Below, in pieces: positions 27,323 to 36,300 of a stretch of DNA of 57,209 nucleotides. Position numbers and translations under genes: made by a program. Location: positions 1-57,209 of the IMG/VR virus record IMGVR_UViG_3300020159_000496. The stretch is one strand, 5' to 3'. Each line of letters starts with the position of its first letter. Position 1 is the stretch's first letter. The notes below the pieces were generated by a model. The model ran no database searches and had not been told where the DNA came from. It worked only from the letters and a program-made list of their open reading frames with translations. The stretch is from a virus. Lineage: Duplodnaviria > Caudoviricetes.

Positions 27323-30300
27323 TTAACTATGTAAAAATAAGTTCATAGCCACTGGGATTCCATTAATACCACCGATGAAATTCATCTTAGCAAGCACGTT
27401 TATTTGCCCGCTTGTAGTGGTTGTAATGTAGTCATTAGCTACAAATATCTGACCTGCTGTAAGAGTATTTACGTTCAATGTGCTCGAGCCCGAGCCAATT
27501 TGTGAAGATATATACGCTTTAATAGCTCTTTGAGTAGGTATAACTGAATCTGAATCCTGTGTGAAGAATGGATCTGTTGAAAATTCAGTAACTGTAGCAC
27601 CCCCTGTGCCTAATTCAACTGAGCCTAAACTGAGCTCTTGTAGACCTGCAATGTTAAACGCATCAGCATTTAATGTTGCTGTACCAGTACTTTGTTCAAC
27701 GGTAAACAACCCGCCAACTCTAAAGTTACCATCTTGGTCGGTACTTGTATAGAATACACGACCACCGTTGCTTTCTACAGTTTCATTATCTGGTATTGGA
27801 TCTGACAACGGTAGTCCCGGATAGTTTGTATTGCTAAAGTTTCCAGTACCAATGTCTAAGAAGTCATGTCCTGTTAATCGAACCTGTGAGTATCTAATTC
27901 TAATTTCAAAAGGATCTTCATGCGGGGCAACTTCAGATATTTCAATAGGTGGGCTTATTTGTAATCTAGCCGTGTACGGACCTGTTCCTAACAGCTGAGT
28001 AACGTTTACTAGTTTATAGAATTTGCCGGGAATACTGGCAAATTCAACGTTTGAACCTGGAATCGGTATAGTGTAAAATCCCTTGACGTCGACTAAGCTA
28101 CCGTTTTGGAATAGGTCAGCATATCCATCGCCTGATACTGTAGCAGTAGCAACTTCCCAATCAGCACCACGATCAATAAATGTTGGATTCGCCAACACCC
28201 CGTTGCCTACTCTAACAGTAAACGGTACTTCGTAGGTATTGTTAGGATCGGTGATAGTAATGCTTGGAGGTGATCCAGAAACATAACCACTGCCTGGTTC
28301 AACAACTCTAAATTCTATAATTTTAGTATCAACAACTCGAGCTCTAACATAGGCTTTTGATCCAGTTACCAATGCTGCCGGTCCTGTTCCTACTGATTGA
28401 GGAATTACCCATATTGGTGATCTGTTTGGATTACCAAAGACCGGACGACATGTAGTAGTAAATGTTGCTGTACCCTGTGTCCAGGTTATACCATCCTGCG
28501 ATTTATAATAAGCAACTGATGAAGCATGGCTAGTTGCTACAAATAAACCTTGACCGTAGCCAACTTCGTCAGCATTAATGGTTCCAGCTACTGCTACCCA
28601 TGTTGTGCCGTTGTTGCTGATTGCTACATTACCTTCAGTTGATAGAGCAACGAATACGTTATTACCAAACGCAATGCTATTCCATGTAGCAGATGTCGGC
28701 AACGCAGCGGCAGTCCATGAAATACCATTTAAACTGTAAGCACTAGCAGTGCCGCCCGCAGCAACAGCAAAGAATCTTCCTTTACCGTAGGTTATACTTT
28801 GCCAATTAGTTGAGCCTGGTAATACGTTAGCACCGTTAGCCCATACTGTTCCACCTGTTGACACTAAAGGATTATTAGAATCTGAACGAACAGCAACGAA
28901 TCTGTCACCTCCAAATGCCGCTGATGTAACAGCACTAGTTTGTGGTAAGGCTGATGCTGACCACGTTTCTCCGCCATTGATGCTATAAGCCGCGGTTGAT
29001 GTTGCTGATATACCTAATGCCACAACATAAGCTACGTTACTAATAGTTCCGGAGGCTAATGCTGTCCACTGTGCCGAAAACGGCAATGTTGATAATGACC
29101 ATGTTGTGCCGTTTGTTGAATAATATGCTTGATTTATCGACACTCCTGCGTTTGAAAGAATCGTTACAAAGTTGCCGCCCCTGCCGATACCTTCATGAGA
29201 GAAAGTTAAAATTTCTCCTACTGTTATACCGGCCGTAGAATCAACAGTTTCAACACGTATGCTGATATCGTTAGCCGGTGAAGCACCGCCAACTGCTGTT
29301 CCAGCAATGGTTAACAGATTGTTATTAACATAATTTTGTCCTGCTTGATTTAAAGTTACTGTATAAGTTAGTCCGTTTCTAACTATGTTAAATGTTGCTC
29401 CGGTGCCAGTGACGCTGCCTGTAGCAGGTATATTAGTAAATGTTTGTCTTACATTAGCATAAACAGCATCTGATTGGCCAGATGCTGAACCACCCGAAAC
29501 GCTAGGTGAACTCTCAGCAGGTGCCGGAATATTAACTCTTGGTTCGATGATGTACAATGATGATGGATCTGGTGATACAATAGTAGTACCTGGAATTACA
29601 TGATCCCATCCAGCCGTGCCTGTTGATTCTTTAAGAACTGTGGCAATTTTACTACCAGCATTATAGGTATTAATATAACCATACTGCCCAACGCCTACAC
29701 CAGATTGAATGTAAATTCTCATACCGACATACGCAGAGCTTGTTTGGTCGTCTGTGGCAGCAAGAGTTATTGCTGTTGTTGAACCACCCTGGGCTACGTT
29801 TTCAGCACTTAGGTAATCTAGTCCGCCAAACTGTCCAGAACTGTCGTCGACATCTAATAGTCTAAGTTCAAATATACCACCATCGCGGGTTTCATCGCCC
29901 ACTGTAGTGAATGCAGTGCCCGGACCGTTAAATGTAAACGCAGCAGATGTGTAATTATTACCAGCATTTGAATATTCAACTCGATAGACTTGTTGTCCAC
30001 TAGTTAAAGACTTTGTTGATATCGCTTCTTCATACCTATTATTAACAATACCAGTAATTGGCGTTTCAGTGGCATCAACACCTTCAGCTACGCAACCAAA
30101 TTCGCCGTATGAGCTGTTGCCGTTAGTAGCACGAATCTTACCACCATTTTCTGCTAGGTATCCAATGTGTCCATAATATCCGAACACTGAAACTAATTCT
30201 GTTCTACCTAAATTAGTACACCAAACACCGATACCATCGGATAGCACTTGTGTAAAGTCGTTGCTAACGATAGATTTGTTTCCGCCGGCATGTAAATCGC

Positions 30301-33300
30301 CGTCAATTTTACATCCAACACAGGCAGTACCAAATGTAGTAACGTTTTGAACGTAACATGATCTTGTGGTAATCCAAACTGATTCGTCATTTGGTCCCCA
30401 TCCTGGATCTAAAGAAGTGTAAGCCCCTGCTGTAGGTCTACGAGTACCGTAGGCATTAGGAGCTCCTAGTGTACCAGTTAGTCCTTGAACAGTTAGGTTT
30501 CTAATGCCTGTTGCGTTTCTAACCAAGAACATGTTTTCTGTTAGAGATCCAGTTACACCGTTTACATAAAACTTAGCCGACATCAATGTCTTGTAGTTGC
30601 CTGTATATGTTAGATCATATTTAAAAGCATCGATATATTCGCTAACATCCCTAGCACAGGCAGCAAGGCTGTAAGTGTACGCAGGGTAAGTTAACGAAAT
30701 ATACGCATGAACTTCAGCAATAATAAATTCTCTATTAAGTTCAAGCTGTCGTACCGCAGAGTAGACATCGTATAAAGATGACGCAGCATTTGATCCTGTC
30801 ATTGTAGGAGCAGATCCAGTGGCATTAATATAAAAGTTAATATACGCAGTTGCGTTGGTTATTAACCCAGTCAATAATGTTCCCTGAGTAGCAGTGGCAA
30901 ACGGTTTAGTTTGACTCTGAGATAATGTGTTGGGATTTGAACCTGTTGTTGTTTTTGCTACAGTGGTGCCTTGTACAATGTCACTGATAATAGCACTAAT
31001 TCGTGATAGAGCATCTAAACTTTTTGGAACATCAGTGACATCAATTTGTGATGCTGATGGTCTAATATTTGTTGAGCGTAGTTCGTCGCCTACTACAGCA
31101 GTATCAATCGGCACAACAATTGGCAGTGTTTCAAAGAACACGCCAGTTTTAACTAGAATTGTTCTCTGTGGTTTTACTTCTGCTCCAACACTTCCTAATG
31201 TACCGCCACTGATTGCTACTGTGATTAATGATTTTAAACTTGAAACTTCTGCGAATGACAGGGCTTCTGCTACAAAATCTGTATCAATAATCTGTAAAAT
31301 TCTATTATTGACAGGGACACTGTTAGTAACTTGATAGTTTGTAGCTGGAGCAGCATTTAACAATACCGCAGTGTTAACTAACGTAGTTATTGCGTAGTTA
31401 ATTGCTGCTACAGTTTCTTCCTTCTGTCCTAATCCGTAGAATGTAGAAGCATTAGTTACATATTCAACTGCTGCTTTTCTAGATCTAGCATTACCACCAT
31501 GACGGAGGTCCCATAGAATAGCATCGATGATCAAGCCAACATCTCGTTCACACTTGGTTGTATCGTAAGAAAAACTAGATACAAACGGTGAGATATTATT
31601 TGCAATCTGATAGTTGATCCACTGTACAGTTTCTCGCTGTACAAACTGTCTATTAATTTCCATTAGACGTGCTGCTTGAGGATTTCTAGTACCTTTTTCA
31701 ATCTGCTCAGCAGCGTATCGTACTGTTCTCCAGGGCTTGTCTAGAGTAACACCGTAGGCTGGTGCTGTTTGATCGACTCCATCTAAGCTCACATAATATA
31801 ACTGATCAACTTCACCCCAATATCTCCACTCGGGCGCTTGGGCATTGCCAACAACTAGTACTTGGCCGTCTGCGCCAATTGGCAATCTTGTTGGACCAGC
31901 ACCGCCGTAGTAGACAAGGTCACCCTGTGTGGTTAGCACAGATGATTCTTGACCGTTGGCTAATAGGTTCCAAACAGTTCCAGTAACATCAATATCTGGT
32001 CTATTTGTAGCAGATGCTGATGTATGAGCATTCACGCAAACATAACTATTAGGTCCATAACGAACTGCTTCACCTAACACATACCCGTAGCCGTTTGCCC
32101 ATGCTCCTAACCAACGAATACCGGGATTTAATTGTTCCCAGTATGTTAAGTTTGGCGGCTTTTGATTTGTGTTATCAGCAATAGCAACATAGGTAAAACC
32201 GCTTAATCTTATAACATCGCCTACTCGATAATCAGTAGATAAATTCCAGTCTTGTTGGAATTTAAATGCTGTGGTAAACAGATCCCAGTTTTGCGAACCT
32301 GTTACAGCCTGCGTAGGTTTAATGTTGCTATGGTTTGTGGTAGCTACATAAGCATAACCGCCATAGGTAATAATATCACCAGGTTGATAAATTGTTGAAC
32401 TGTTCCAGCTATCTTCGAACTGAATACCTTCTAAAAATTCTCCCCAGTAACCGGAGTCTTCATCTTGCTCAAACGTTCTAGACAATGATGATGAATGTTT
32501 TTGTAAACAGATATAAATGCCGTTGCCATTTTTAACAAGATCGTTTACTTTATAATTCTGATCTTCAGCATCCCATAACCCAAGGTATTCAATGCCTTGA
32601 TTAAAATAATCCCACTTGCTTTGATCATCTTCTAGACCAAGAACAAATGTTGCTGCCGCAGGGTGTCCTTCGTTACACACATATGATGTGCCACCAAAAG
32701 ATACTACGTCGTTGATTTTGTATCGGGTTCCTGGGGTCCAGTCACCTTTCCAATCAAATGCTTCTGAGAACTGATCCCATTTATTGATATCTGCCTTTTG
32801 ACCTGCAGTTAGTCTATCAAGTCCTTCTAATCCCATAGCCGCTGTTGGGGCTGAAGTATGTCCTAGATTACACAAATATGTATTGCCGCCATATTTGACA
32901 ATGTCGTTTAATTTGTATCTAGTGTTGGTTGTCCAGTCACCTTTCCAATCAAACCCTTCGGCAAATTGATCCCACTTAGTTTGCGTACTATCGCCAAGAT
33001 CAAGATCAACTTCTAGGCCAACACTTACATCAGCATTTGAAGTATGTCCAACTAAACAAATATAAATTTGAGCACCGTATTTGACAATGTCGTTTTCAAA
33101 ATACGTTGTGCCCGGAGTCCAATCTCCACGCCATGATTGACCATCGCTGGCCTGATTCCAACGTGCTGGGAAGTTGTCCGCATCCACATAAAAATCTGGA
33201 TCTGCTGTATGACCTATAACGCAGATGTAAACACGACCGTTTACACGTACTACGTCGTCTTTAAGGTAAGAGGTCCCTGAGATCCACTCACCTTTCCATA

Positions 33301-33334
33301 CAAATCTAATTCTACCTAATTTAAACTCTGCCAT
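27323..33334 (-). CDS. Giant virion protein (2003 aa): Trp-rich CBM-like repeats, beta-helix-like region with two phycobiliprotein-like inserts, propeller-like repeats
   Basis: Repeated WxGxW...YxxNDxVxYGG.Y.C...HTS units; colinear paralogue of 33377..39091; contains KCERD and ACARD motifs. Confidence 0.8.
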   Translation of the reverse strand: MAEFKLGRIRFVWKGEWISGTSYLKDDVVRVNGRVYICVIGHTADPDFYVDADNFPARWNQASDGQSWRGDWTPGTTYFENDIVKYGAQIYICLVGHTSNADVSVGLEVDLDLGDSTQTKWDQFAEGFDWKGDWTTNTRYKLNDIVKYGGNTYLCNLGHTSAPTAAMGLEGLDRLTAGQKADINKWDQFSEAFDWKGDWTPGTRYKINDVVSFGGTSYVCNEGHPAAATFVLGLEDDQSKWDYFNQGIEYLGLWDAEDQNYKVNDLVKNGNGIYICLQKHSSSLSRTFEQDEDSGYWGEFLEGIQFEDSWNSSTIYQPGDIITYGGYAYVATTNHSNIKPTQAVTGSQNWDLFTTAFKFQQDWNLSTDYRVGDVIRLSGFTYVAIADNTNQKPPNLTYWEQLNPGIRWLGAWANGYGYVLGEAVRYGPNSYVCVNAHTSASATNRPDIDVTGTVWNLLANGQESSVLTTQGDLVYYGGAGPTRLPIGADGQVLVVGNAQAPEWRYWGEVDQLYYVSLDGVDQTAPAYGVTLDKPWRTVRYAAEQIEKGTRNPQAARLMEINRQFVQRETVQWINYQIANNISPFVSSFSYDTTKCERDVGLIIDAILWDLRHGGNARSRKAAVEYVTNASTFYGLGQKEETVAAINYAITTLVNTAVLLNAAPATNYQVTNSVPVNNRILQIIDTDFVAEALSFAEVSSLKSLITVAISGGTLGSVGAEVKPQRTILVKTGVFFETLPIVVPIDTAVVGDELRSTNIRPSASQIDVTDVPKSLDALSRISAIISDIVQGTTVAKTTTGSNPNTLSQSQTKPFATATQGTLLTGLITNATAYINFYINATGSAPTMTGSNAASSLYDVYSAVRQLELNREFIIAEVHAYISLTYPAYTYSLAACARDVSEYIDAFKYDLTYTGNYKTLMSAKFYVNGVTGSLTENMFLVRNATGIRNLTVQGLTGTLGAPNAYGTRRPTAGAYTSLDPGWGPNDESVWITTRSCYVQNVTTFGTACVGCKIDGDLHAGGNKSIVSNDFTQVLSDGIGVWCTNLGRTELVSVFGYYGHIGYLAENGGKIRATNGNSSYGEFGCVAEGVDATETPITGIVNNRYEEAISTKSLTSGQQVYRVEYSNAGNNYTSAAFTFNGPGTAFTTVGDETRDGGIFELRLLDVDDSSGQFGGLDYLSAENVAQGGSTTAITLAATDDQTSSAYVGMRIYIQSGVGVGQYGYINTYNAGSKIATVLKESTGTAGWDHVIPGTTIVSPDPSSLYIIEPRVNIPAPAESSPSVSGGSASGQSDAVYANVRQTFTNIPATGSVTGTGATFNIVRNGLTYTVTLNQAGQNYVNNNLLTIAGTAVGGASPANDISIRVETVDSTAGITVGEILTFSHEGIGRGGNFVTILSNAGVSINQAYYSTNGTTWSLSTLPFSAQWTALASGTISNVAYVVALGISATSTAAYSINGGETWSASALPQTSAVTSAAFGGDRFVAVRSDSNNPLVSTGGTVWANGANVLPGSTNWQSITYGKGRFFAVAAGGTASAYSLNGISWTAAALPTSATWNSIAFGNNVFVALSTEGNVAISNNGTTWVAVAGTINADEVGYGQGLFVATSHASSVAYYKSQDGITWTQGTATFTTTCRPVFGNPNRSPIWVIPQSVGTGPAALVTGSKAYVRARVVDTKIIEFRVVEPGSGYVSGSPPSITITDPNNTYEVPFTVRVGNGVLANPTFIDRGADWEVATATVSGDGYADLFQNGSLVDVKGFYTIPIPGSNVEFASIPGKFYKLVNVTQLLGTGPYTARLQISPPIEISEVAPHEDPFEIRIRYSQVRLTGHDFLDIGTGNFSNTNYPGLPLSDPIPDNETVESNGGRVFYTSTDQDGNFRVGGLFTVEQSTGTATLNADAFNIAGLQELSLGSVELGTGGATVTEFSTDPFFTQDSDSVIPTQRAIKAYISSQIGSGSSTLNVNTLTAGQIFVANDYITTTTSGQINVLAKMNFIGGINGIPVAMNLFLHS

Positions 33335-33376
33335 CGATGACTCCGATATTCGATACCATATTTATCTAATATGATT

Positions 33377-36300
33377 TTAACCTAAATCCCTTCCTACCTC
33401 TTGCCCATCAAGATTGCTATTAAATCCGTCTGAGAACATGCTCATAGCCAGCATCATCCCCGAAATACCCTTCTTAATATTAACATTTACTGGTATATTC
33501 ACATAGGTATTTGTTGTACTACCAATATTATTTGGTCCACCTATTCTAACAGTACCAGCTATTAGTGTACCAGTAGCAGCTTCTGAGCCGCCTCCCGAAA
33601 TACGTCTAGAAACAAATGCTTTAATTGCCCTTTGTGTTGGGACAATATTATTAGAATCAGCAGCAAATGTAACATCTGTTGAAAATTCTCTAATAACCAC
33701 TCCAGTGCCGCCGACACGGATACCGCCTAAACTAAGTTCTGATAAGCCACCTAGATCAAAGTAATCAGCACTAATTGTTACAACACCGGTTGCTTGCTCA
33801 ACAGCAAACAATTCACCAACTCTAAAGTTACCATCTTGATCAGTACTTGTGTAAAATACTCGACCACCACCCCTGTTATATACTTCGTTTTCTGGTGCTC
33901 TTGACAAAGTCCCTTGAGTATATAAGACAGGATAATTTGTTTGTTCAAAATTTCCTGTTCCAATATCTAAGAAGTCGTGTCCAGTTAGGCGTACCTGACT
34001 GTATTTTTCTCGTATCTCAATAGGAGTATTATGAGGCGGACTATTTGTTCTATTAAAATCCGGAGCTACCCTAAGAGCTAATCTATAGTTACCCGGTGCT
34101 CCACTAAGAATATCAACAGTTAGCACTCTGTACACTCGATTATCTGAGCCGTCTGATGCTACGGCAGCAGTGTTGTCTGACAATACGAGATACTTGTTCA
34201 ATCCTGCTACAGCGGCTGTTGGATTACTTATTGGCAGATCTCTTTCTAACCAATCTAATCCCAGTCTAGAAGAGTATGTTGCTGATCCTGTACCTGAAAA
34301 TAACACAAATTTCCTATTAGCGAAAATAATATGTGACCAATCGTCAGTGTCAGGTGCTGCTAATACATCCCATGTGTTGCCGTCATCTTCCGACACAGCA
34401 AACTCATCGCTATTTTTAGCAATTAATATTAAATGGTCGTTGCCGTATGCTAAATCTGACCATTCTTGTGTTGCTGTTATTGTACGGATAAGCCATGTTT
34501 GGCCGTCTAACGAAATTGCAACCTTGTCACTGTTTTCAGCAATGGCTACAAAATTGTTTACACCGTGTTTAACTTTGACCCAATTAGCACTAATTGGCAA
34601 CGATGAAGACAACCATGTTACGCCATTGTCAACGGAATATAACGCACTAGCCGATCCATTAGATATCACTGTCCATCTATCGTTGACAAAGTCTATAGAT
34701 GTCCAGTTTCCTGTTGGAACTGTGAGTGTGGTCCAAGTTGTTCCGTTGGTGCTTTTAGCAAAAACTGTACCGTAAGCAACAGCAATATACACACCGTTGG
34801 CATATTTTATATCTCTCCAATCACGCTGGACTGAGATTGTAGTTGAGGTCCACCCAGTACCGTTGGCCGAATAAACAATTTGAGATAATCCAGCACCTTG
34901 GTATGTTATTGCTACAAATTTATCGCTGCCTACAGTTGCCCCTCCCCAAGGGCCAGATATTGGCAGCACCGAAGGTGTCCAACTTACTGTGTTTAACTCA
35001 AAGTTAGCACCTGTTCTAACTACTCTTGGTACTCCGTCAATGATAAGGTGCCCGCCTAGCTCGTAGATATCAGCATACCCATCACCGGCCACGGTTACCC
35101 GTGTAGTTGAAGTTTTGTAACCTATTCCTCGACTTAAAAACGTAGGATTTGCCAATACGCCATTGCCTATTCTAAACTCGTAGTTAGGTTGAGATGTAGA
35201 AACTGGATCAGAAAACGTAAAGATTGGTTGGGCAATGTAACCGCTACCAGGCTCCCATATTTTCATACTTCGTATTCTTCCTCCAGAAATGATTGGTCTT
35301 CCTCTAAAAGTAGCACCGTATTGGAATGTAGATATGTTGCCGCTGCCCAAGGTAGACGATAGCACTGCCCATCGACCTCTTGAATCGGTGTTAGGTATAA
35401 ATGCTGCGGTTGTTCTATCCGAAATACTGGCAGTCAATGCTTTTAATTCCCATACAAAGCCGCCGCTGTCTGATACTGCTACAAACTGAGTGTTACTGCT
35501 ACTAACAGCAACAAATAAGCCTTGAGCATAGCTGATTCGATTCCATGCTGTATCAAACGGTAGGGTTGACAGATACCAAGCAACACCATCAAAACTGTAG
35601 GCCACTGCGTTAGAGTTACTAGATATAGCTACGAACCTGTTATTACCGTAACACATATCAGTCCAAATAGGCTGAGTTGAGTCACCGAACGTTGGAATAT
35701 TAAAGCCAGCAGTCCAAGAAGAACCGTCTGTAGTGGTTACAGTTTTGCCGTCTTGACCAATTACTACGAATTTATTTTTGCCGTATGCTACAGCCGCCCA
35801 TGGTGCTGTAACCGGAGTAGACACGGTTGACCATGTCGAAGATGCTACAGTATATACTGCCACTGATGTAGATGCCGACGGAGAAGTAGCTATAAATTTT
35901 CCATTGCCACCAGCAACGTTTTTACTGCCGTTGATACCAATGTTAGCCGCAATCGTTGAATAAGTGAAAGATGACCCGCTCCATGTGCCGACTATTGCTG
36001 AAGTTCCAAGAGTTACAGCAACTACAGTATTGGCTCCGTCCCAGGCAATTGCGGTATAAAAATCTGCATTAGCAGTAGAACCGACGTTGACTAAATTTGT
36101 TTCGTCACTGCCTTCATATATTCTTCCATTAGTACCGTCAGTAGTTCGCCCGGTTGCTAACATTCTATCAAATGCTGGTATGTATAAAGAATCAGTAAAA
36201 TATCTAACATCACCGACCGATGCCGCGGTTGTATATGTCGGAGCTGCTGTAATCGGACGTGGTTCAATTCTATATACTGTTGTAGTATCTAGTAATGCCG

